Below are positions 29,267 to 37,502 of a DNA stretch of 64,000 bases, one piece after another. Under the pieces are notes generated by a model. That model searched no databases and was not told the origin of the DNA. It saw only the letters and a list, made by a program, of their open reading frames with translations. This stretch comes from an uncultured Woeseiaceae bacterium. Its GTDB lineage: Bacteria; Acidobacteriota; Vicinamibacteria; Vicinamibacterales; UBA823. Location: NCBI GenBank assembly GCA_964569695.1, contig CAZMUA010000002.1, positions 2,185 through 66,184 on the forward strand, in the 5' to 3' direction. Positions within the stretch are counted from its first letter, which is position 1. Each line of letters starts with the position of its first letter. A program made the translations under genes and the position numbers.

Positions 29267-30820
29267 ATGAATAAGTCTAAGTCGATGTTGGGCCTGTCCA
29301 TTATTGCTGCGATTTTTCTTATTCCCTCATCCACAGCAGCACAAGAACCCGTTTACTGGGACATCGTCGATGACATTAGGTCCGAAGGGTTTGACAACTC
29401 TCACGTGATGGAGAGCGCGAGCTATCTGTCCGATGTCATCGGCCCACGTTTCACCGGTTCTCCCAACATGCGCCAAGCACAAGATTGGGCTTTGGAGCGC
29501 ATGGTTGAATTCGGTCTCTCTAGCGTTGAGAAGGAAGCTTGGGGTGAGGAGACCGTGGGTTGGGAGATTCAACGAGTGTCTGTGCACATGACTGTACCAG
29601 ATTACCAGATGGTGATTGCCTACCCATTCGCCTTGACTCCTGGCACGAGTGATCCCATCGTGACGAACGCTGTTATCGCGACCATCCAGAGCTCTGAAGA
29701 TTTCGATCGGTATCGCGGTAAGCTCGACGGAGCTGTCGTGTTAGCCACGCCACCGATGCCCATGAGCCCACGCTTCACACAAGACGCGTTCCGGCACGAC
29801 GAGGAATCGCTAGGAGTCTTTGAAACCGAGGGCATTGACCTCTTGATTCGCCGCCATGCGAGAGGCCAGATCGAGCAATCGAGCTTTCGACGGGAGGATA
29901 TTTCTGCTGACGAAGTTGAAGAGTTCTACAAGGTTGAAGGGGTGGCTGTGGTGCTGATGGCGAGCATCGGAAGTGATGGAACTGTGTATGCGACCGGACA
30001 TCCGACGACTCGGAACAGACGAACCCGCGCAGGAGTCCTGAGCGCACTACCAACACTCGCCGTTGCGACGGAGCACTATAATCGTATCTACCGGATTCTC
30101 GAGCGCGGCATCCCAGTCACAATGGACGTCGACGTTCGTATCGGGCTCGATGAATCAGACCCGACAGGCTACAACATCCTCGGGGAAATTCCTGGAACTG
30201 ACCTAGCCGATGAAGTCGTGATGATCGGTGCGCACATGGATTCCTGGCACACCGGCACTGGCGCTACTGACAACGCGAGTGGTGTGTCCGTTGTACTCGA
30301 GGCAATGCGTATTCTTAAGGCTATCGGCGCACAGCCACGGCGCACGATTCGCGTAGCGCTCTGGAGTCAGGAAGAGCTTGGCCTCAGGGGTTCTCGGGGC
30401 TACATCCGACACCACTTTGGAGAAGATGGTGTCTACACGCCTGACTACGATAAGTTTTCTGTTTATTTCAACATGGACAACGGCACAGGCCAGTTCCGTG
30501 GCGTCCACACTCAGGGCAACGCCCAAGCGACACCGATCCTACAAGCCTGGATGACTCCGTTTCATGACCTACAGGTTAAGACAATCTCTCTCTTCAGTAA
30601 CACGGGAACCGATCATCTGTCGTATAACAGGGTGGGGCTACCCGGGTTTCAGTTCATCCAAGACCGGATCGACTACCGAGCAAGAACCCACCACTTCAAC
30701 ATGGACGTCTACGATAGACTCCTTCCACGCGACCTGATGATTAACTCGGTAGTCATGGCGAGCTTCGCCTATCACGCCGCGATGAGAGAGGGAACGTTCC
30801 CGCGGCCCCGTACAGACTAA
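29267..30820 (+). CDS. Secreted M28-family metallo-aminopeptidase
   Basis: It has a signal peptide (MNKSKSMLGLSIIAAIFLIPSSTAAQ) and Zn-ligand blocks GAHMDSWHTGTGATDNASG and WSQEELGLRGS. The ATG at 29267 is preceded by gagggga. Confidence 0.8.
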   Translation: MNKSKSMLGLSIIAAIFLIPSSTAAQEPVYWDIVDDIRSEGFDNSHVMESASYLSDVIGPRFTGSPNMRQAQDWALERMVEFGLSSVEKEAWGEETVGWEIQRVSVHMTVPDYQMVIAYPFALTPGTSDPIVTNAVIATIQSSEDFDRYRGKLDGAVVLATPPMPMSPRFTQDAFRHDEESLGVFETEGIDLLIRRHARGQIEQSSFRREDISADEVEEFYKVEGVAVVLMASIGSDGTVYATGHPTTRNRRTRAGVLSALPTLAVATEHYNRIYRILERGIPVTMDVDVRIGLDESDPTGYNILGEIPGTDLADEVVMIGAHMDSWHTGTGATDNASGVSVVLEAMRILKAIGAQPRRTIRVALWSQEELGLRGSRGYIRHHFGEDGVYTPDYDKFSVYFNMDNGTGQFRGVHTQGNAQATPILQAWMTPFHDLQVKTISLFSNTGTDHLSYNRVGLPGFQFIQDRIDYRARTHHFNMDVYDRLLPRDLMINSVVMASFAYHAAMREGTFPRPRTD

Positions 30821-31683
30821 GAGATTGGTGTACTTGGTTCAGATGGCTCGAACACTACGTTGACTTGGCCGGTCCCAGAACTGCCAAAGTAATCCCCAAT
30901 GATCTCTCCAGAACCTTCGTAAGTATCCCAGCCCAGTACTCCAAACAGGTGGGCCGTATCGATCATGCCTCCTTCACCGAAACAGCGGTCTCGGTAGTCC
31001 GGTAGCATGGCAAGAAACTCTTTTATGCGTCCGGTTTGCCAGAGTTCCAGCACGCGCAGGTCAACTTGGCGGTTGAACTCCGTGTTGACTTCATTGATGC
31101 CTGCAGCCGACAGGTGGTTCGGCCAGAACTGATGCGACAACGAACCGCTTGCGAGTACTGCTACTCGACGATCGGACTCCCGAATTGCATCGGCCACCAC
31201 TTCGCCAAACTGGCGACCCTCCTCAATACTCGCAAATTGATTGCCTGCGATACTCAGAACACGGGCGGAGCCATCTGCATTCATATGGTGCATCGGAATT
31301 AGTGTGCCGTACTCAAAACCCAGACCAGGCACCTGGTGCGCCATGACCCGAAGGTTGCGTGCATTACCGAGTTCGGAAATTTTTTCTGCCAGTTCTGGAT
31401 CACCTCTGAAGTGATAGTCCATGCCGTTCAGAAAGTGCGGCAATTCGTGGCTGGTGAAGGTGCCGTCGTGCTCGGCGTTAGCGTTGAGGTGGAATCCTTG
31501 GTTCACGACCCAATGGATATCAAAAATAAGATAAGTATCAACCTTGCGATCATGTGCACGTCGCCCGATCTCGACGAGGCCATCGATTGCATTTTGACGA
31601 ATCCCTTTAAATTTCTTTGAGTGTTCAGAAAGCCAAATCGACGGGACGTGTGTGATTTTCGCGGCTAACACGATTTCGCCCAT
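30817..31683 (-). CDS. hpaD: 3,4-dihydroxyphenylacetate (homoprotocatechuate) 2,3-dioxygenase, LigB-type
   Basis: It aligns nearly end to end with my recollection of E. coli HpaD/HpcB (LAAKITHVPS..., VAVLASGSLSH, GEGGMIDTAHLFG, SSGTGQVN-VF). It is adjacent to hpaE and hpaF. Confidence 0.9.
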   Translation of the reverse strand: MGEIVLAAKITHVPSIWLSEHSKKFKGIRQNAIDGLVEIGRRAHDRKVDTYLIFDIHWVVNQGFHLNANAEHDGTFTSHELPHFLNGMDYHFRGDPELAEKISELGNARNLRVMAHQVPGLGFEYGTLIPMHHMNADGSARVLSIAGNQFASIEEGRQFGEVVADAIRESDRRVAVLASGSLSHQFWPNHLSAAGINEVNTEFNRQVDLRVLELWQTGRIKEFLAMLPDYRDRCFGEGGMIDTAHLFGVLGWDTYEGSGEIIGDYFGSSGTGQVNVVFEPSEPSTPIS

Positions 31684-31707
31684 GAGTTCTCCTATTTGCT
31701 TTGGGTT

Positions 31708-33228
31708 CTACGATCCTAACTTCGGAATGGCATGATTACCGAGGGCCACACACACATTCTTTGTTTCCATGTAGAAGTCAAAGCTATAGTCGCCGCCGTC
31801 TCGTCCGATGCCACTCGCCTTGAATCCACCGAATGGGGCTGATAGGTGACGTACGTTTTCAGAATTTACCCAGATCATACCGGCATCCAGACCTTGTGCA
31901 AGACGATGTCCACGCGTTGCATTCGAAGTCCAGACGTAACCTGCCAAGCCGTACGGTGTGTCATTAGCGATTTGGAGAGCCTGGTCTTCATCATCGAAAC
32001 TGACGACTGTCAACACGGGTCCAAAAATTTCTTCACGGGCTATCCGCATATTATTTCGAGCTTCAGTAAACAAGGTTGGGGCTATAAAATTTCCCTCATT
32101 TGGTAGCTTTGTACTGCTTTGCTGAACCTTGGCGCCTTCCTTTTCGGCGAGGGTCACATAACTTTGCACTTTCTCCCAATGCGTCCGATGTATGAGCGGT
32201 CCCAGTTCAGTCGCTGGATTTAGCGGGTCTCCGACCTTGATCCGCTTGATGCGTTCACGGAGCCGAGTAACAAACGCATCGTGGATAGAATGTTGCACTA
32301 GAAGACGACTACTTGAGGTGCATCGCTCGCCATTTAGGCTGTAAATCATAAACATTACTGCGTCAGCAGCGCGATCAAGATCGGCATCTTCAAAAACAAT
32401 AACTGGATTCTTGCCGCCAAGCTCAAAATGGACACGCTTGAGGGTTTCCGCGCCTTGGCGCATTATTTGGCTACCTGTTGACGATTCTCCGACAAATGCA
32501 ATCGCCTTGATGGCTGAATGTTCAGTAAGAATTCTGCCGACGTCTTCACCGATTCCGTTGACTAAGTTAGCCACACCAGGAGGTACGCCTGCTTCCAGTA
32601 GGATTTCAGCCAGGAGAGTTGCAGTTAGAGGGCTCCACTCAGCCGGTTTATGAACGACTGTGCAACCCGAGGCAAGAGCCGGCGCGATCTTCCATGTGGA
32701 CAACATGAACGGCGTATTCCATGGCGTAATAATTGCTACCGGCCCAATCGGCTGCCGTAGCGTGTAGTTGAAGTGCTGTCCGGCTGGCAATGACACCCCA
32801 TCCCGTGCGTCAGGCGCCCGGTCTGCAAAGAATCGAAAATTTTCGGCCGCTCGAAGGGCAGCCTTCTTCATGAATCGGATCGGCTGGCCTGTGTCGAGAC
32901 TCTCGATAAGTGCGATTTCCTCACCTCTGGCTTCGATCAAGTCGGCCGCTCGGTGGAGTATTTGCTTTCGCTCCGTTCCAGGCATAGTCCGCCAATTAGG
33001 AAATGCATCATGGGCGGCGGAGACGGCACGGTCCACGATGCCGGCATCGCCTAATAGCATTTGATTGAGTTGAGAATTGTCTGTCGGGTTGATGTTTTCG
33101 AACGTTGTGTCACCGGAATGATCGGACTTCCCATTGATAAAATGGGGCAGTGGACTCTGCTGGAAACGCTCCAGATATCTGGATGCTTTTTCTTGGTTCC
33201 GCTTAAGTTCCTCAGACCATTCGGTCAC
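31708..33228 (-). CDS. hpaE: 5-carboxymethyl-2-hydroxymuconate semialdehyde dehydrogenase (ALDH superfamily)
   Basis: ALDH catalytic blocks FELGGKNP and NGERCTSSSR. It lies between hpaF and hpaD, and its start overlaps the hpaF stop by 4 nt. Confidence 0.8.
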   Translation of the reverse strand: MTEWSEELKRNQEKASRYLERFQQSPLPHFINGKSDHSGDTTFENINPTDNSQLNQMLLGDAGIVDRAVSAAHDAFPNWRTMPGTERKQILHRAADLIEARGEEIALIESLDTGQPIRFMKKAALRAAENFRFFADRAPDARDGVSLPAGQHFNYTLRQPIGPVAIITPWNTPFMLSTWKIAPALASGCTVVHKPAEWSPLTATLLAEILLEAGVPPGVANLVNGIGEDVGRILTEHSAIKAIAFVGESSTGSQIMRQGAETLKRVHFELGGKNPVIVFEDADLDRAADAVMFMIYSLNGERCTSSSRLLVQHSIHDAFVTRLRERIKRIKVGDPLNPATELGPLIHRTHWEKVQSYVTLAEKEGAKVQQSSTKLPNEGNFIAPTLFTEARNNMRIAREEIFGPVLTVVSFDDEDQALQIANDTPYGLAGYVWTSNATRGHRLAQGLDAGMIWVNSENVRHLSAPFGGFKASGIGRDGGDYSFDFYMETKNVCVALGNHAIPKLGS

Positions 33229-33635
33229 GATGACTCCTTAGGTTGTTCGGCGCGGCGCTGAACAATTCCGTGCAGGTTATTTTTCTTAAAGCTCAGTGTT
33301 TGCTCAATTTCCTGAATTTCAAATGAAATTCCCAAGGGTGTCGTTTCGAACAAGGGCTGCAGCTCATCGCAGATGGCATCAAAGATCGCTTCACCTACTC
33401 GTCGTTTAGCTTGGGTTTCACGACCTTGGGCAATTCGAAGTACCAAATGAATGAATCCATTGTCTGGATGACCATCGGCAATCCGGTAGATGTCGCGGGC
33501 CGTTGCACGGGTTCTTACGGCGCCGAGCTTGAACATACCAGTTTCGAGTGCTGCGGTATGGACGCGGTCAACAAGCGTCTGGACCTCAATTTTTCCAGCT
33601 AAATTCGATGAGTACTCGATGATTATGTGTGGCAT
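33225..33635 (-). CDS. hpaF: 5-carboxymethyl-2-hydroxymuconate delta-isomerase
   Basis: From the ATG at 33635 the protein reads MPHIIIEYSSNL...ISFEIQEIEQTLSFKKNNLH. It is collinear with E. coli HpaF/HpcD as I recall it (MPHFIVECSDNI...LSFEIEELHPTLNFKQNNVH). The upstream 96 codons of the track ORF are an artefact. Confidence 0.9.
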   Translation of the reverse strand: MPHIIIEYSSNLAGKIEVQTLVDRVHTAALETGMFKLGAVRTRATARDIYRIADGHPDNGFIHLVLRIAQGRETQAKRRVGEAIFDAICDELQPLFETTPLGISFEIQEIEQTLSFKKNNLHGIVQRRAEQPKESS

Positions 33636-33663
33636 TTGATAGAAAATACTTGCAGTGTTGATT

Positions 33664-33677
33664 GTTAACATGTTAAC
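33664..33677. promoter_or_regulatory. Perfect 14-bp palindrome GTTAACATGTTAAC in the divergent hpaF / dapA-like intergenic region. It is a candidate operator.
   Basis: Read directly from the sequence. It is self-complementary over all 14 nt and lies 29 nt upstream of the hpaF start and 71 nt upstream of the 33748 start. MarR-family regulators bind short palindromes. Confidence 0.4.
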
Positions 33678-33747
33678 TATGTTGTCGTCAAGTCGATTCG
33701 ATTTACATGAGGAATAACGTCGCGTTTGTTTTAGGGAGGCTCGTTGT

Positions 33748-34650
33748 ATGGTCATGTCGATTGATCGTTTAAAAGGTTCGATACCGCCGATTATCACACC
33801 ATTCCACTCGGATACCCTTGAGATCGATGAAGAGACTTTTGCAGGGTTGGTTGAGCACCAGATTAAGAATGGTTCGCACGGTGTCTTGATTAATGGAACT
33901 TCCGCCGAACCGTCTACACTCACGGTCGATGAACGAAACCGACTTGTGACTCTAGCGGTTCAAGTTGCTGACGGTCGGGTGCCGGTGGTCGCAGCTACGG
34001 GTTCGCAATCCTTGGTCGAGACCCAGGCACTGACTGACCATGCCGTGCGGATAGGAGCGGATGCACTCTTGATCGTCACGCCGTACTACATTAAGCCTCC
34101 TCAACGAGGCCTCATTCAGTATTACCTTGAACTGACTGCTTCGCATGATGTTCCTTGGATGATTTATCACATTCCTGGACGTGCTTCGGTAAGTGTGACG
34201 CAAGAAACGCTTGGAGCGATAGCTGAGGCTTCACCAAACTTCGTGGGAATGAAGCAAGCAGTCAACAATCTCGGATTCATCTCAGAATGCCTTGCAGCTC
34301 GGGGACCACAGTTTCGAATTTTTGTTGGCCTGGAAGAGTTGAGCTATCCAGGCATGGCAACAGGAGCCTGTGGCCTGATGAACGCGGTGGGAAACCTTCG
34401 GCCACGGGTTTTGGTTGAATTATGTGAGGCCATCTGGAATAACGATCTAAAGTTGGCGCGGTCGCTTCACGAGCGTTTGCTTGAAGTTAATCAGGCAGTA
34501 TTTTTTGAAACTAATCCGATTCCAATTAAGTACATGATGAAACGGTTGGGTCTCATCCAGTCGAATGTTCATCGACTTCCCATGTCCCCGGCTCCTCCAG
34601 AGCTAGAGCGACGTCTGGACCAGGTTTTGGACCGAGCTGGTTTGCTCTAA
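33748..34650 (+). CDS. DapA/NAL-family class I (Schiff-base) aldolase-type lyase
   Basis: GTSAEPSTLT (compare GTTGES), a Tyr-containing TPYY block and VGMKQA (catalytic Lys region). The 300-aa length is typical of the DHDPS family. Confidence 0.75.
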   Translation: MVMSIDRLKGSIPPIITPFHSDTLEIDEETFAGLVEHQIKNGSHGVLINGTSAEPSTLTVDERNRLVTLAVQVADGRVPVVAATGSQSLVETQALTDHAVRIGADALLIVTPYYIKPPQRGLIQYYLELTASHDVPWMIYHIPGRASVSVTQETLGAIAEASPNFVGMKQAVNNLGFISECLAARGPQFRIFVGLEELSYPGMATGACGLMNAVGNLRPRVLVELCEAIWNNDLKLARSLHERLLEVNQAVFFETNPIPIKYMMKRLGLIQSNVHRLPMSPAPPELERRLDQVLDRAGLL

Positions 34651-34659
34651 TGGGAGCTA

Positions 34660-35553
34660 TTGGTGAAACTTTTAAGTTTTGAAATTGCATCCAAAGCATC
34701 ATTTGGCGTAATCGTTCAGGATGGTGTTTTGGAACTAGCGGACCGATTGGGGAGTGAGGTGCACTCCGTTCAATCACTCTTCGAGTTGCAGGCGCTTGGG
34801 CTGGTCCAGGAGTTGATTGAACATTCAGAACCGGACCACTCTCTAGACGCTATCGAATTTCTACCGCCAGTGCCCACTCCTCAGAAGATCTTCTGTGTTG
34901 GAGTTAACTACACCAACCGCAATGAAGAGTATAAGGATGAGTCAACGCTTCCGAAATACCCAAGTATCTTTATGCGGACGCCTGGGTCATTCGTTGGGCA
35001 CCACGGTTCCATCGCTCGTCCGCCGGAATCCAACAAACTAGACTACGAAGGTGAGATTGCTATTGTAATTGGAATCGGGGGACGTCGAATTTCTCAACAG
35101 GATGCTGCACGGCATATTGGCGGCTTGACCTGCATGAATGAGGGTACGATTCGGGATTGGACACGGCACGGAAAATTCAACGTCACTCAAGGGAAAAACT
35201 TTGACAGAACGGGGTCGTTTGGTCCGTGGATTGTGACAGGCGATGAATTTAGTAGTTTTGAAAACCTTAGTGTGACCACTCGGGTCAACGGAGAAATACG
35301 ACAGAACGATTCCACGGCCAACCTGCTATTTCCATTCAGCTATCTAATTTCCTATATTTCGACATTTTCGGAACTGGTTCCAGGAGATGTCATTGCGACA
35401 GGGACTCCAACAGGTGCCGGTGTTCGCTTTGATCCGCCAAGGTATCTTGAACCGAACGATCTACTTGAAGTTGAAGTGTCGGGAGTAGGAACGCTAGTAA
35501 ACCGTGTTGTTGACGAAGCTGTCCGTAATCCGCTCAGTGGAGTTAAAGAATGA
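34660..35553 (+). CDS. Fumarylacetoacetate hydrolase (FAH) family protein, HpaG-like single catalytic domain
   Basis: Carries the FAH-domain blocks KIFCVGVNY, DYEGEIAIVIG and GDVIATGTPTG. The start is TTG at 34660 or GTG at 34663, after tgggag. Confidence 0.8.
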   Translation: MVKLLSFEIASKASFGVIVQDGVLELADRLGSEVHSVQSLFELQALGLVQELIEHSEPDHSLDAIEFLPPVPTPQKIFCVGVNYTNRNEEYKDESTLPKYPSIFMRTPGSFVGHHGSIARPPESNKLDYEGEIAIVIGIGGRRISQQDAARHIGGLTCMNEGTIRDWTRHGKFNVTQGKNFDRTGSFGPWIVTGDEFSSFENLSVTTRVNGEIRQNDSTANLLFPFSYLISYISTFSELVPGDVIATGTPTGAGVRFDPPRYLEPNDLLEVEVSGVGTLVNRVVDEAVRNPLSGVKE

Positions 35554-37460
35554 GCCGCAAGCGAGGCACGGTCGATACGTCGTTGCGGGATTTCTCTCGC
35601 TCGTTGCCAATGGCCTTGATGCGTACTCGTGAGTCTGTAATGGAGCAGTTTCGGCCGCTTCTCCGCGAGCATGGTCTTACTGAGCAACAGTGGCGTGTGC
35701 TAAGGGCGCTATCCGGGGTGAAGAAAGTAAGCGCTAGTGAATTGGCTGAGATCACTTGTATTAGCATGCCCAGTCTTTCGCGCATTCTCGGTCACCTTGA
35801 GGAAACCGGTCTGATTGTTCGTCGGGCCCGCCCGAAGGATCGACGGAGCATGTTTGTTTCGCTCGAGGCAAAAGGGCGAACGTTGATTAAGAAGGTCGGT
35901 GTTCAGTCTGAGTGGCGCTATGTCGAGATCAGCAAGTGTTTCGGGAGTGATCGTTTGGCAATTCTCTACGAATTACTTGAAGAGTTGGAGACGAGTCTGA
36001 AACCGGGCAGCCCGGCGGTCGAACCTGCAGGCGCACAACGCCCTGACAATATAGCTCTACCTCCTAAGAAGATGAGGGAACTTGGTTATGCTGCGGTCGA
36101 CATGCTGGTCGAGCATTTCCAAACTGTGTCTGAGAAACGGGTCATCGACGACTATGAGTGGAAACCTGCAGACAGCATACTGACCAGGCCGTTCAGTGAG
36201 TCGGGGAAAGACCCGCACGAAGTCATGAAACTGGCGATGGATGAAATCTTTAATCACTCGATGCAGTTGAATCATCCTAGATACTTTGCCTATGTGCCAG
36301 GTTCGGGAAACTTCATTGGAGCATTGGCTGAACAACTCATTTCTGGTTTCAATCCTAATTGTGTGACCAATCAGGGAAATTTGGGGCCGATTATGGTCGA
36401 GCGTAATACCGTCAGCTGGTTGTGCCAACAATTCGGCTTACCGGATGGAGCGAGTGGTCTGTTTACTAGCGGTGGATCATCGGCGAATCTGATCGCTCTG
36501 ACTGCTGCGCGCCATATGAAATTGAATGATGAAATTGAAAATGCCGTGGCCTACTGCACTAAGGAAACTCACCGTTGCATAGGTCGAGCCTTGCGTATCT
36601 TGGGTTTTAAGGATGAACAACTTCGGATGCTGGAACCTGATCAAGATTTGCGCATGGTTCCGGACCGTCTAATTGCAGCTATTCAGCAGGATCGTGCTGC
36701 TGGAAAACGTCCTTTCTGCGTAGCAGTCAGTGCAGGTACTACCAGCAGTGGGGCAGTAGATCCTCTTGACGACATGGCTTCTATTTGTCGGACCGAATCC
36801 TTATGGCTGCATGTAGATGCAGCTTTTGGTGGAGGAACTATCCTCACCAAGCGAGGCCAAATTCGTATGAAGGGGATTGACAAGGCAGACACTATTGCTG
36901 TCGACCCCCATAAATGGTTTTTTCAGCCATATGAGTGCGGCTGTGTGCTGTCCAGAGATCCAGCTTGGTTATACGAAACCTTTCGGGACGTGGCTGTGTA
37001 TGAACGGGACACCGATGCTGGTGGAGCGAACATGAACTATCGGGATATGGGAGTGCAGCGGTCACGAAACTTTAAGGCATTCAAGCTCTGGATGTCCCTA
37101 CAAGTGTTTGGTGTTGAAGCATTTCGTCGTGCTGTAGACCACGGACTGGACTTGGCAGAAAAGGCTGAGCAAATTCTTCGTAGTAGACCACATTGGGAGA
37201 TTGTGACACCCGCAACACTCGGCATTGTGACTTTTCAATACCGGTTACCCGATCTCACTGAGGATGAAATTGAGAACATGAATGAAGCTATGACCACCGC
37301 GTTGTGCCGGACAGGCTACGCGTATATGAGTACGACTCTCATCTATGGGCGCAGGGTTCAACGGTTGTGTCTCAACCGTCACGATGCGATTGAAGAGGAT
37401 TTACTGGAGACGGTCAGCCGGCTGGAGTCGATCGCGAAGAACCTAGGACTCGCTCGCTGA
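35550..37460 (+). CDS. Fusion protein: HpaR-like MarR-family winged-helix regulator (aa ~20-150) joined to a group II PLP-dependent (aromatic-L-amino-acid / tyrosine-type) decarboxylase (aa ~175-636)
   Basis: One uninterrupted 636-codon frame. The N-terminal part resembles E. coli HpaR as I recall it (FRP...HGLTEQQWRVLRAL..., PSLSRILGHLEETGLIVRR, DRRSMFVSLEAKG). The C-terminal part has SGGSSANL, HVDAAFGG and VDPHKWFF (Lys455, nt 36912-36914). The ATG overlaps the upstream stop (ATGA at 35550-35553). Confidence 0.8.
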   Translation: MSRKRGTVDTSLRDFSRSLPMALMRTRESVMEQFRPLLREHGLTEQQWRVLRALSGVKKVSASELAEITCISMPSLSRILGHLEETGLIVRRARPKDRRSMFVSLEAKGRTLIKKVGVQSEWRYVEISKCFGSDRLAILYELLEELETSLKPGSPAVEPAGAQRPDNIALPPKKMRELGYAAVDMLVEHFQTVSEKRVIDDYEWKPADSILTRPFSESGKDPHEVMKLAMDEIFNHSMQLNHPRYFAYVPGSGNFIGALAEQLISGFNPNCVTNQGNLGPIMVERNTVSWLCQQFGLPDGASGLFTSGGSSANLIALTAARHMKLNDEIENAVAYCTKETHRCIGRALRILGFKDEQLRMLEPDQDLRMVPDRLIAAIQQDRAAGKRPFCVAVSAGTTSSGAVDPLDDMASICRTESLWLHVDAAFGGGTILTKRGQIRMKGIDKADTIAVDPHKWFFQPYECGCVLSRDPAWLYETFRDVAVYERDTDAGGANMNYRDMGVQRSRNFKAFKLWMSLQVFGVEAFRRAVDHGLDLAEKAEQILRSRPHWEIVTPATLGIVTFQYRLPDLTEDEIENMNEAMTTALCRTGYAYMSTTLIYGRRVQRLCLNRHDAIEEDLLETVSRLESIAKNLGLAR

Positions 37461-37502
37461 CTTGTTACGTGATTTGTTAATGCTTTTTGTTAGAGAAATA
37501 TT

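Noticed and set aside
33636-33923. A 96-codon N-terminal extension of the hpaF ORF that would overlap the dapA-like gene start
   Set aside because: HpaF homology begins exactly at the internal MPHIIIEY (ATG at 33635). The extension has no similarity and would cover the divergent promoter region.
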